From positions 1 through 43,619 of IMG/VR virus record IMGVR_UViG_3300020044_008732: a stretch of DNA of 43,619 bases; one strand, 5' to 3'. Positions 1 through 8,395 of the stretch are shown in pieces. The stretch is from a virus. Lineage: Duplodnaviria; Caudoviricetes. A program made the position numbers and the translations under genes. The notes beneath the pieces are model-generated. The model was given only the letters and a program-made list of their open reading frames with translations, ran no database searches and had not been told where the DNA came from. Position 1 is the stretch's first letter. Every line of letters starts with the position of its first letter.

Positions 1-121
1 GCGTGGCTGCGGCGCGTGCGCGTTTTAGGTGTAGAGCGGATCAATCCGAATATCCGAGTTCTCCTAGTAGGGCGCAGAGGGGTAGGGCGCAGAGGGGTGC
101 CGACGCAGGCGGCCGCTAGTA
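1..121. repeat. Terminal direct repeat copy 1 (identical to 43499-43619), most likely circular-assembly overlap
   Basis: First 121 nt match the last 121 nt exactly. Confidence 0.95.
67..96 (+). repeat. 15-bp tandem repeat x2 (GTAGGGCGCAGAGGG)
   Basis: Copies at 67-81 and 82-96 in a G-rich non-coding stretch. Confidence 0.85.
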
Positions 122-242
122 GGAGGCCGAGGGGTAGGCGGGGGGCGGCTAGCGTGGAGGTGTCAGAGGCTAGAGGTGTCGGAGGGGCGGGGGACCGAAG
201 TCGAGTCGAGAGAACGGGGGCGCGTCTATTAGAGCATCCCAC

Positions 243-335
243 CCCCTCCGCGCCCAACGATTTTGAATCTAGTGTATGACACACGTGGCCTTCTATCTTT
301 ACCCCTCCGCGCCCAACGGTTTTGAATCTAGTGTA
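243..335 (+). repeat. 34-bp direct repeat x2, period 59 bp, upstream of terS
   Basis: CCCCTCCGCGCCCAACG(A/G)TTTTGAATCTAGTGTA at 243-276 and 302-335, one mismatch. Confidence 0.9.
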
Positions 336-364
336 GGATGCACATCCGCCTCGCTTCTTTGATG

Positions 365-392
365 TTGACCGCCTATACCCCCTTGCTACACT
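365..392 (+). promoter_or_regulatory. Sigma70-like promoter for the packaging/structural operon
   Basis: TTGACC (365-370), 16 nt, TACACT (387-392) preceded by TGn; just upstream of the first + strand gene. Confidence 0.6.
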
Positions 393-409
393 CCCGCTAG
401 GGGCACTCT

Positions 410-841
410 ATGACCTTCTCTCTGATACGTTCCGCCAGGCCCCCTTTCTCCCTCAACAATAAGTTCTCCACATCGACCGCTCGCGCCATCCGGGAACGCA
501 TCCCCGTCGAAACCTTAGTAGACCTCGTAGTAGACGCCGCCATGTCGGGGAAGTGCCGACGCATCGACCCCGCGACTGGTGAAGAAGTGGAGCCAGCGCA
601 AGCCATCACGCCCGACCGCCAACTTGACCTGGCACTGAAACTGATCGACAAACGCCTCCCGACCCTGAAGTCCACCGACACCGACCTCCACGACTCCGCT
701 CCCACCTTCGACGCTATTGAAATGTCCCCCGAAGAAATCAAGCGGATGCCCCTCAGTGAATTAGGCCGCATCATGGAGGCGACATACACCATGAACCCGC
801 TACCTCACCCAGATGCGCTAACCCATGACAACGGAGAATAG
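410..841 (+). CDS. terS: Putative terminase small subunit
   Basis: 143-aa helical-looking protein immediately upstream of and overlapping terL; positional call. Confidence 0.55.
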   Translation: MTFSLIRSARPPFSLNNKFSTSTARAIRERIPVETLVDLVVDAAMSGKCRRIDPATGEEVEPAQAITPDRQLDLALKLIDKRLPTLKSTDTDLHDSAPTFDAIEMSPEEIKRMPLSELGRIMEATYTMNPLPHPDALTHDNGE

Positions 842-3359
842 GCTCCAAGCCATCCGCGAGGCATACTCCACCGCGATGGCCCGGCAACTGAAGGCCCGGA
901 CGTCCGTTCTCGCGCAGATCGAAGCGATGGAACCGGGGTGGATGACCGGGGAAGTCCACCGTGAGATAGGGATGCATCTCGACGGGGTAATCAAACTCGT
1001 AGAGAAGGGCGCGGCGAACCCCGGAGAGTGCGCCGGTGGACCGCGACTCATCTTGCAGACTCCGCCAGGTATTGGGAAAACCTTGATGACGGGGGTTCAC
1101 CTCCTCAGTCACGCACTCGGTCTTCACCCAGACTGGCAGTTCATCTATGCAACTTACGCGTTCGACAAGGCGGCGGAAGTCGGGCGCGACACGCGACTGA
1201 GGATCAAGGACCCACGCTACGCCGAGATATTCCCTAACACCAACCTCGACCCCAGTGCACAGAGCATGGACTACTTCCTCACCGATCGCGGCGGGAAAGT
1301 CACGTTCACCGGTATCGGGGGCGGAGCGTTGGGGAAACGTGCACATTGCATTGCCAGCGGGGAGATGGTCGCCACAGAGCATGGCGCACGCCCCATTGAA
1401 ACCGTTCAGGTAGGGGATCTGGTATGGACGTGGAACCACGCCACAGATACCCGCGAACTAAAACCCGTCCGCGCGCGTGTCCGCACCCCGCAGCAACCTG
1501 TGCAACGTGTCACGGCAAGAGGTGTGCAGATCCGCTGTACCGATGACCACTTGCTATTCGACGGCATCGCCTACACTAAAGTGAGCTCCCTTACCAGTAA
1601 GGACTCTCTTTATGTCGACTATTCCCTGCGGCTACTGCCACACGCCTATCCCCATCCTCCGCGCAGACAGGCCCCCGAAGTATTGCAACCACAAGTGCCA
1701 CGGCGCGGCGCGAGTCAAACCCCCTCGTCCGTGCGAGTATTGCGGGGCCGCGCTGAGCACGAAGCACAAACATGTACGCTTCTGCGGGATGAAGTGCCGT
1801 TCCGAAGCGTTACGGAAAGCACCACCAGCGCGGACGTGCGCATGGTGCAAGAAGGGGTTTTACGAGGAGAACTACAAGAGCGTGTACTGCGGGAAAGCGT
1901 GTGCGAACCACGCCCACAGCGCGAGGATGCTCGGAACGGGGAACCCGAACTGGAAGACGGGAGAGGGGGTGGACAGGTACTCCCCGACATTTCACAGCAC
2001 GCTGAGTGCGGGCATACGGAAACGCGACGGAGAGAAGTGCGCGTTGTGCCACGCCACGCCGAAACGCCTCGCAGTCCACCACATCGACGAGAAACCGCAC
2101 AACGACGACGTGACGAACCTGATAACCTTATGTTACGCCTGCCATGTGCGGTGGCACAAATATCCCCCGTCCCCTTTGAAGGCCGCGATGACGACGGCTA
2201 TTCAGACGTATATGACCTCGATGTATCCGACAACCACAACTTCTTCGTCAACGGTATCTTAGTTCATAACTGTCTCGTCGTGGATGATCCGTTCAAAGAC
2301 GAGTACGAAGCCCGCAGCGAACTCCACCAGAAACAAGTGTTCGATTGGCTCCTGTCCGTCGCCAGATCTCGTCTCCATCCGTTCGGTGCGGTCATCGTCA
2401 TCCATCAACGTTGGCATGTCCACGACCTGATCGGGCGGCTTCTCGCACACGCCGCAGCCAATCTGACGGGCGATCAATGGACCGACTGCCAATACCCGAT
2501 GGTCGCCACGGAAGACTGCGGTTGGCGGAAGAAGGGGGAGTCGGTCCACAAGGAACGGTTCAGTAACGCTTGGTGCGAACGGACCAAGAACTCGGTCAGC
2601 GAGTGGGTGTGGTCTGCGATGTATCAACAGTCCCCCACCCTCGATACGGGGCGGATCTTCAAACGGGAGTGGTTTAAAGTCCTTCCGCGAGAGAAGTTCC
2701 CTAAGAACCTGTTGTGGTATATCTCGACGGACTTCGGGGCGGCGGAAATGACAGGCGACCCATCAGTAGCGAGGCCGTTCGCGGTGGATGAGGACGACAA
2801 CGTCTATTTCATCGACCCCTTTCACGCCGCAGTCAGCCCGGACTTGGCGCATAAAGCAACGTTCGACCTGTACCAGAAGAACAACGCTAAAGCGATCTTC
2901 GTTGAAAAGGGCGTACTATGGAGCGCCGCACAGGGGGCCTACCGCCGAGAACAACAAGAACGCCGAGTATACCCTCGGATCGTGGAGTTCAACAGGTCTA
3001 AGAGTAAGGGCGAGTACGCTATGGCGCTAGTGGCGCATATGGCGTCAGGGAAAGTATACCATCTAGATTCCCCATTCACCCACCAAGTCGTGATCCCTCA
3101 GTACATGTCCTTCACAGGTGAGCGCGGAGTCAGCGAAGACGATAACATCGTAGACGCAGACGTCCTCCCCTTCCTTTCGTGGAACGAAGCCCGTTCACCG
3201 TCCCGTGCAGTGCCACTTCCGACTATCGAGCAGATACCGGAAGGCAATAGAGCGATTGAAGCCTCCATGGGGAAAGCCGGATACAAAGACCCGTCGGCAG
3301 AAGGCGATGAAAGTCCGGAGAAGTTTTGGGAGGAGTACAGTGCAGTATCTTGGTACTAG
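825..3359 (+). CDS. terL: Terminase large subunit precursor with intein (844 aa; about 536 aa after splicing)
   Basis: Walker A TPPGIGKT; Walker B CLVVDDP after intein removal; IHQRWHVHDL coupling motif; SAMYQQSP; nuclease domain STDFG...DDNIVDAD. Confidence 0.95.
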   Translation: MTTENRLQAIREAYSTAMARQLKARTSVLAQIEAMEPGWMTGEVHREIGMHLDGVIKLVEKGAANPGECAGGPRLILQTPPGIGKTLMTGVHLLSHALGLHPDWQFIYATYAFDKAAEVGRDTRLRIKDPRYAEIFPNTNLDPSAQSMDYFLTDRGGKVTFTGIGGGALGKRAHCIASGEMVATEHGARPIETVQVGDLVWTWNHATDTRELKPVRARVRTPQQPVQRVTARGVQIRCTDDHLLFDGIAYTKVSSLTSKDSLYVDYSLRLLPHAYPHPPRRQAPEVLQPQVPRRGASQTPSSVRVLRGRAEHEAQTCTLLRDEVPFRSVTESTTSADVRMVQEGVLRGELQERVLRESVCEPRPQREDARNGEPELEDGRGGGQVLPDISQHAECGHTETRRREVRVVPRHAETPRSPPHRRETAQRRRDEPDNLMLRLPCAVAQISPVPFEGRDDDGYSDVYDLDVSDNHNFFVNGILVHNCLVVDDPFKDEYEARSELHQKQVFDWLLSVARSRLHPFGAVIVIHQRWHVHDLIGRLLAHAAANLTGDQWTDCQYPMVATEDCGWRKKGESVHKERFSNAWCERTKNSVSEWVWSAMYQQSPTLDTGRIFKREWFKVLPREKFPKNLLWYISTDFGAAEMTGDPSVARPFAVDEDDNVYFIDPFHAAVSPDLAHKATFDLYQKNNAKAIFVEKGVLWSAAQGAYRREQQERRVYPRIVEFNRSKSKGEYAMALVAHMASGKVYHLDSPFTHQVVIPQYMSFTGERGVSEDDNIVDADVLPFLSWNEARSPSRAVPLPTIEQIPEGNRAIEASMGKAGYKDPSAEGDESPEKFWEEYSAVSWY
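1599..1603 (+). promoter_or_regulatory. Shine-Dalgarno for the nested HNH gene
   Basis: AAGGA at 1599-1603, 8 nt before the ATG at 1612. Confidence 0.65.
1612..2262 (+). CDS. Zinc-finger HNH (homing) endonuclease nested in the +1 frame within the terL intein
   Basis: Three CxxC...CxxxC modules; GTGNPNWKTG (NUMOD3-like); RDGEKCALC...VHHIDEKPHNDDVTNLITLCYACHVRWH HNH motif; own SD, ATG and TAG. Confidence 0.9.
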   Translation: MSTIPCGYCHTPIPILRADRPPKYCNHKCHGAARVKPPRPCEYCGAALSTKHKHVRFCGMKCRSEALRKAPPARTCAWCKKGFYEENYKSVYCGKACANHAHSARMLGTGNPNWKTGEGVDRYSPTFHSTLSAGIRKRDGEKCALCHATPKRLAVHHIDEKPHNDDVTNLITLCYACHVRWHKYPPSPLKAAMTTAIQTYMTSMYPTTTTSSSTVS

Positions 3360-3585
3360 GTGTTACACCCACCCAGATCATCCGGGGCAGTACCTCGCTC
3401 CCGTCAAGAATCGAGCGGGGCTACGCGTCATTGTCCCGCCGTCTCTGGTACCGACTCTCGCTCCGTGCGAAATCTTCCAAGATAAAGCCGGGCGGTTGAT
3501 CGTTCAGAACATCCTCGGGAAGAAGTCCCTTCTAGCGTCCCTCACCCCGTCTCCACAGACAATGCACCACATTATCCCTTCTTGA
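3340..3585 (+). CDS. Hypothetical protein (about 81 aa)
   Basis: GTG at 3340 preceded by GGAGGAG; same frame as listed ORF 3205-3585; fills the gap after terL. Confidence 0.55.
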   Translation: MQYLGTRCYTHPDHPGQYLAPVKNRAGLRVIVPPSLVPTLAPCEIFQDKAGRLIVQNILGKKSLLASLTPSPQTMHHIIPS

Positions 3586-3610
3586 CCTTGCCACCCCGCC
3601 TCCCTAGTAT
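3582..3610 (+). promoter_or_regulatory. Possible sigma70-like promoter
   Basis: TTGACC, 17 nt, TAGTAT in intergenic DNA. Confidence 0.4.
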
Positions 3611-3668
3611 CCGTACGGCGAGCAACAGGAGATGACGCCACTAACCCCTCGTCCCGAAAGGACACAAC

Positions 3669-4481
3669 ATGGCTGACGGCGTCTTTGTCCGCAACTTAGC
3701 TGCGGATACTCCTGTTCTAAACACCGCTTCCCCCTTCTTCGTCGGTAACCGCGTTCAAGCGCGTAGTACTGCGGGTGGCTTACTGTACGGCGTGAACAGC
3801 CCGGCACAGTCGGACACCAAAAAGTTTCAATCCTTTAACCAAAGCATCTCCGGTAACCGCGCCTTCGCGTTGTCCTCTGGAGCGAACACCCCCCAGAACA
3901 CGGTGGGTGGCGCGTTGTCAACTGCGAATCAGTTGCGCGTAGTCACGGTAGCTGGCGAAACGTTGAGACCACGTAGCCGTGGCGACCAAGCACCTGCGGC
4001 TGGCAACTCGGTTGTAGCTGCTGGCGGCGGAACCGCTGCTGGTCAAGCCGATTTGAGCACGCAAAATGCCGCGTCTTTCGCTCTTGGCGCTACCTCGGTC
4101 AACATCCGCGAAACCTCCGGCACAAGCACCATCTTAATCGGTGACAAAATACGTTTCGCAAACGATACCACCGATTACTACGCCACTGCCACCACGGCGA
4201 CGCTCGACGCAACCGGTGTCGCTGTCGCTATTACCCCGCCATTGCAAGTCGCTATCACCGCTTCCGTTGCCGTCACGGTAACGGCTGCGGACGGTAAAAC
4301 CATCATCTTAGGTACTGCTCCAGCCGTCCGCTCTCAGGTAGCCGTTTGGGTCAACGATGCCGCTGATGTTACCACGATCACGGGTGGGGCCTTAGTCGCT
4401 ACTCAAGACTACGCCATCGAAGTATCCCAAGTTATGGTCGCAGCCACAGCAACGGACTTAGTGCCGTTGTTCCGAGGATAA
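3669..4481 (+). CDS. Putative virion structural/decoration protein
   Basis: 270 aa, Ala/Thr/Gly/Val-rich beta-type composition; SD AAGGA. Confidence 0.6.
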   Translation: MADGVFVRNLAADTPVLNTASPFFVGNRVQARSTAGGLLYGVNSPAQSDTKKFQSFNQSISGNRAFALSSGANTPQNTVGGALSTANQLRVVTVAGETLRPRSRGDQAPAAGNSVVAAGGGTAAGQADLSTQNAASFALGATSVNIRETSGTSTILIGDKIRFANDTTDYYATATTATLDATGVAVAITPPLQVAITASVAVTVTAADGKTIILGTAPAVRSQVAVWVNDAADVTTITGGALVATQDYAIEVSQVMVAATATDLVPLFRG

Positions 4482-4482
4482 T

Positions 4483-5004
4483 ATGCCCGGCCCAACGTCT
4501 CCGGGCGGACGGGTCGGTACGTGGAAATACCAGGCTGGCCACACGTTCTCGCGTGGCCAGCCTGTGTATCTATCCACACCGGGGGTGTATGCCCTCGCAA
4601 CAATTTCAACTGGTTCCGACGGTATTGTCGGGGACATATCATCAACACGTTTTGAACTCGTCAGCGCAGGGGAACTCGACCGCCTTACTGGCCTCACCCC
4701 TGGCGCGACGTATTCTCTTTCTGCGGTCCCCGGCCAACTGGTTCAGGGAACCGCGAACCCACTTTATAAAGCTGTAGCCGCAGACGCCGCCATCCTTACA
4801 AGCGCGGTGCAGTCTCCGGTAGCCACCACTCCCCCAGACGAGGAAACAGAGGCTGGGCCTGACCCCCGGTACGCCCTTGTAGAACACTCGCACGATAGGG
4901 AGTACCTCCGCACTATTGACCACGGGGCAGTTATCAGTATTTATTCCCTTCAGCCGGGGCCTGTGTTCGACGTTTCGGACGGTCGACAGGTTCTTACGGA
5001 GTAA
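4483..5004 (+). CDS. Putative virion protein (capsid cement/fibre-associated)
   Basis: GQPVYL...GLTPGATYSLSAVPGQL pattern typical of small phage structural proteins. Confidence 0.55.
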   Translation: MPGPTSPGGRVGTWKYQAGHTFSRGQPVYLSTPGVYALATISTGSDGIVGDISSTRFELVSAGELDRLTGLTPGATYSLSAVPGQLVQGTANPLYKAVAADAAILTSAVQSPVATTPPDEETEAGPDPRYALVEHSHDREYLRTIDHGAVISIYSLQPGPVFDVSDGRQVLTE

Positions 5005-5007
5005 CCT

Positions 5008-5550
5008 ATGGGCGCACTTGCGACGAATAACCCGACAGGGAACACAGTACCTATCGCAGGACCCTTCGGTACGCTGGACCCCGGGTGGATCCCGGTCGCA
5101 ACGGGCGTTTCGAGCGGCCTGATCACCGCCACCATGCAAACGATCGCAGGGGATAAGATACTCCTCGGCTCGCTAACAGCCAGCCCGACGGCAGCCCAAG
5201 ACGGCGTAAAAATAGTAGGTCGCGCAGGAGGCGTCGGCAGCCTAATCAACGAAGTCACAACAGCCGCGCTGAGCGGCAACCGTACGTTCACTCTCCCCGA
5301 CGCGGACCTCGCGTTCGTGGGGGGTGGCACAATCCACACCGGAGGTGTGGCTACGCTTGTCGCAGGGGCGGTAACGGTCTCTCTTGCGACGGTCACCGCC
5401 GCGTCACGTATTTTTGCTTTTACACAAACGCCTGGAGGGACCGTTGGGTTTCTTCACTGTTCAGCTCGCGTGGTTTCCACTTCTTTCACCATAACAAGCT
5501 CTAACGTCTTGGACACCTCGACCATTGCTTGGTTCTGTATTGAGCCGTAA
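5008..5550 (+). CDS. Putative fibre/decoration protein
   Basis: NRTFTLPDAD and GVATLVAGAVTV...TSFTITSS..DTSTIAW fibre-like motifs. Confidence 0.55.
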   Translation: MGALATNNPTGNTVPIAGPFGTLDPGWIPVATGVSSGLITATMQTIAGDKILLGSLTASPTAAQDGVKIVGRAGGVGSLINEVTTAALSGNRTFTLPDADLAFVGGGTIHTGGVATLVAGAVTVSLATVTAASRIFAFTQTPGGTVGFLHCSARVVSTSFTITSSNVLDTSTIAWFCIEP

Positions 5551-5561
5551 GAAAGGTCCCC

Positions 5562-5990
5562 ATGGATTTCGAGCCTAAGACTACCGAAGAACTCCTCGTC
5601 TATGCAGCAATCATCGCGGTGATAGCGCTCTGGAGGGCGTTCGCAAAAGAGAAAGATCGATGCGAAAAGAATAACTCAGACATGAAACTGGAGATGGCCG
5701 CGCTCCATTCCACTCTGCACACGACAGCCGCAGAAGCGTCGAGACGAGGGGAAGAAAGGGAACGGCTGCTGTCCGTCATGGTACAACAAACGACACAGGC
5801 GATGAAAGATCAGCGAGAGGTAACTATACGCGCGGTCAGGTTGCTCCGTAGGTATGACCCAGACCCCGACGTGTCCTTCGCACCTCGCCCCGATGACCAC
5901 GAGATCGTTCTCCCTCCACGAGAGGCACCTGCGCGTGACGACGAAACGTCAGCATTGTTCAGAGATCCACCCGTGCGAAGGGTACGGTAA
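5562..5990 (+). CDS. Membrane protein, holin candidate
   Basis: Single N-terminal TM segment (LLVYAAIIAVIALW) then a charged coiled coil; adjacent to a lipoprotein gene. Confidence 0.45.
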   Translation: MDFEPKTTEELLVYAAIIAVIALWRAFAKEKDRCEKNNSDMKLEMAALHSTLHTTAAEASRRGEERERLLSVMVQQTTQAMKDQREVTIRAVRLLRRYDPDPDVSFAPRPDDHEIVLPPREAPARDDETSALFRDPPVRRVR

Positions 5991-6523
5991 TGAGGAATGC
6001 CCCCGCTATTTTCGTCGTCCTTACCTTATGTGGCTGTACAGAAACACGCACGGAAAAGCAGACACAGGTGGACCGCCGCGATGATCTGCATACATACGGC
6101 AGTATTTCCCTCCCTGTGGGCAACGGCGGCATGCTTGTGCCGATCCCGTTTGAAGTCACGACCGAGCGCATCGGTACTGAAAGCCAGAACGAAAAAGGGT
6201 CCCAAGAAACCAAGATAAGCGAAGCAGCAATCAAACAGATCGTTGGACCAGTGGTCAATGCCGCGTTAGCGGGGGCTGGGATACGTCTCCCCTCGTTAGG
6301 CGCGGCGAGCGGCGCATTAGGTGCCCTTGGCGGAGTCACTCCCGGAGAAGCCGGTGGCGCTGTTGGAGCCTTATTAGCTGCGCTGCTCGCTCTTCAACAG
6401 ATGCTCGAGCGCAGAAAAAGAGAAAGAACACTCGAAGAAGTCAAGCAGCAGCGGGACGAGGCACAAGAACGCGCTCTCCGCTACGCCGAACAAGTAAACC
6501 CTAAGTCGACGGAAGCATCCTAA
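5990..6523 (+). CDS. Lipoprotein with C-terminal TM, unimolecular spanin candidate
   Basis: Lipobox LCGC (Cys16); Gly/Ala-rich hydrophobic segment ending GALLAALLAL followed by RRKR. Confidence 0.5.
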   Translation: MRNAPAIFVVLTLCGCTETRTEKQTQVDRRDDLHTYGSISLPVGNGGMLVPIPFEVTTERIGTESQNEKGSQETKISEAAIKQIVGPVVNAALAGAGIRLPSLGAASGALGALGGVTPGEAGGAVGALLAALLALQQMLERRKRERTLEEVKQQRDEAQERALRYAEQVNPKSTEAS

Positions 6524-6526
6524 GTA

Positions 6527-6554
6527 TTGACTCCGGTGCGTATAGCGCCACACT
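6527..6554 (+). promoter_or_regulatory. Possible sigma70-like promoter (would give a leaderless transcript at GTG 6561)
   Basis: TTGACT, 16 nt, CACACT. Confidence 0.35.
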
Positions 6555-6560
6555 TACTTC

Positions 6561-7538
6561 GTGAGACCCCAATGGCTACGTCGTGGTGCAAGTCAACCTC
6601 TAGCGGGACCTCACGGGTTCCTGCTCTGGTTGTACAGCGGACTAGTCGCTGTAGGCGCTCCAGCTTTCCTACTGATTTACGGGGAAGTGCTAACCATCTG
6701 GGCGAATATGATGACCATCTTCGGTTCAGGGGTAAACGCACCATCACGCGTTTCCGCTACCGACCCCACATTTTTAATGGGGGCTAACGGCACTGACCCA
6801 GCAAAACTCGCGATCAATAGCGTAGGAAGGGCTCTAATCTCCGCCACGACCCCTATGCAGCAACGCGAAGTGTCTTACGCGAGCCCCATGATGTACGTCG
6901 GGCTGAGTGTAGCGGAAACCTTCCTAGGCATAACCAACTTGGAAGGGAATTTAGCGACAACGTCTTCAACAGGTTCAGCCGCATCGCAGGTAGTAAACGG
7001 GCGTGTCGGCGTTATTCGGCTTTCAGCGAGCACTACTGCAACAAACAACGCGAGGGCGTACGTAGGGTATGGCTCATCTGATAATTGCCTGACGACTGTC
7101 GCGACCCCCATGCATTTTGTCTGTGTGTTAGCGCCATCGGTCGCGCTCTACAGCGGAGGCTCGCCAGGGCGGATCGTCGCGGGGTTTTCAGATACTGACG
7201 GCACAGCATTGCCTCAAGACGCGGCGTGGTTCCGCTCGGACAATGGTGGGGACTGGCAGTGCCAGACGCGTCTCGCGGGCATGACGACTACGGTCGCCAC
7301 CTCCATCGCGCTTTCCCTCGGCGCTTATAAGACTTTCGCGATCAGCCTAACATCGACACTCGCGCAGTTCTGGGTTGATGGGGAGCTCGTGGCTTCAATT
7401 ACGAGCACACTACCCAGTGGCGCGGACCTCACCGGGATACAGGTAGGGACACATAAGACGAGCGCGCACGTAATAAACGGGTCCATTGACGTCGACCTCA
7501 TCAAGATTTTTATCCCTTCCTCCACTGTTTTAGCCTAA
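6561..7538 (+). CDS. Virion protein with lectin/concanavalin-like beta domain, paralog A (start may be 6708)
   Basis: Shares ATDPTFLMGANGTDPAK..INSVGRAL.SATT and WFRSDNGGDW motifs with the next gene. Confidence 0.6.
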   Translation: MRPQWLRRGASQPLAGPHGFLLWLYSGLVAVGAPAFLLIYGEVLTIWANMMTIFGSGVNAPSRVSATDPTFLMGANGTDPAKLAINSVGRALISATTPMQQREVSYASPMMYVGLSVAETFLGITNLEGNLATTSSTGSAASQVVNGRVGVIRLSASTTATNNARAYVGYGSSDNCLTTVATPMHFVCVLAPSVALYSGGSPGRIVAGFSDTDGTALPQDAAWFRSDNGGDWQCQTRLAGMTTTVATSIALSLGAYKTFAISLTSTLAQFWVDGELVASITSTLPSGADLTGIQVGTHKTSAHVINGSIDVDLIKIFIPSSTVLA

Positions 7539-7547
7539 AGAGGTTCT

Positions 7548-8387
7548 ATGGTAGACTTCCCCTCTGGAGTACCCGCGACCAACCCAACATTCTTGTTGGG
7601 GGCGAACGCCACAGATGCAGCAAAAATACCTATTAACGCGGTAGGACGCGCTCTCGTTTCCGCGACGACTGCGGGAGACCAGAGGAACCTTATTCAGGCA
7701 GCCGCAAGTTCTTCGCTCGTTTACGAGAGTGTTGTCCCTTTCCTTAACGGGACTACGGGCCTCGGCCAAGGTATCGCATCGACGGTGACCGGGGGGTCAG
7801 CAGCGAATATCGCGGTAACAGGAAGACAAGGGGTACTGAAGCTCGCAGTAGGAACCGCTGCAACAGCCTCACGCACAAGTCTTCTCGGCTCTATGCTCAC
7901 CGCCGGGATATCTCTAGGCAACGGAGAAATAGAGTTCACAGTAGAAGGGGCACCAACGGTGGCTCTTGCCTCGGGGGGCGTGCAAGGTTTTACGCACATA
8001 GGGCTCCACGACGCGCCGAACAGCGCCGTCGAGCCTACCGACGGGTGTTACTTCCGCTCGACAGATGGCGGTAACTGGTTCGCTGTGTGCCGTTCGAACA
8101 ACGTAGAGACTGCCGTGGGAACGGGGATAGCGCCAACCTTAGACGTGTACTTATTCCACCGCGTTATAGTAAACGCGGATGCTACCAGCGTGAGCTTCAT
8201 GGTTTATGATGCCGCCGGAGTGCTCCTAGATACCCGAACCATCACGACTAACATCCCTTCAGCAGCAGGGAGACAAACGGGGCACGGGGTGCGGATTGTG
8301 CGGTCCACTGCGGTGGGTACCGACCACTCTTACAACGTAGACACCTTCTTCTTCCGCCACACTTACACCACTCCGCTACCGTTCTAG
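7548..8387 (+). CDS. Virion protein with lectin/concanavalin-like beta domain, paralog B
   Basis: ATNPTFLLGANATDAAKIPINAVGRALVSATT; YFRSTDGGNW; SD AGAGG. Confidence 0.65.
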   Translation: MVDFPSGVPATNPTFLLGANATDAAKIPINAVGRALVSATTAGDQRNLIQAAASSSLVYESVVPFLNGTTGLGQGIASTVTGGSAANIAVTGRQGVLKLAVGTAATASRTSLLGSMLTAGISLGNGEIEFTVEGAPTVALASGGVQGFTHIGLHDAPNSAVEPTDGCYFRSTDGGNWFAVCRSNNVETAVGTGIAPTLDVYLFHRVIVNADATSVSFMVYDAAGVLLDTRTITTNIPSAAGRQTGHGVRIVRSTAVGTDHSYNVDTFFFRHTYTTPLPF

Positions 8388-8395
8388 GATATCTT

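Larger units (their letters stand above)
1347..2270 (+). mobile_element. Intein (308 aa) in terL
   Basis: Block A CIASGEMVATEHG; PIETVQVGDLV; block B CTDDH (TxxH); block F VYDLDVSDNHNFFVNG; block G ILVHN followed by +1 Cys; splicing restores GKRAH-CLVVDDP. Confidence 0.95.

Noticed and set aside
16-279. ORFs 16-279 and 43168-43617
   Set aside because: Low-complexity translations across the repeat-rich control region with no SD or motifs
243-335. Mini CRISPR array
   Set aside because: Only two repeats, non-palindromic, the following sequences partly resemble each other, and there is no cas operon
1612-2262. Group I intron or sequencing frameshift explaining the HNH
   Set aside because: Flanks are protein-splicing motifs in frame with terL, that frame has no stop, and the HNH ORF has its own SD, start and stop
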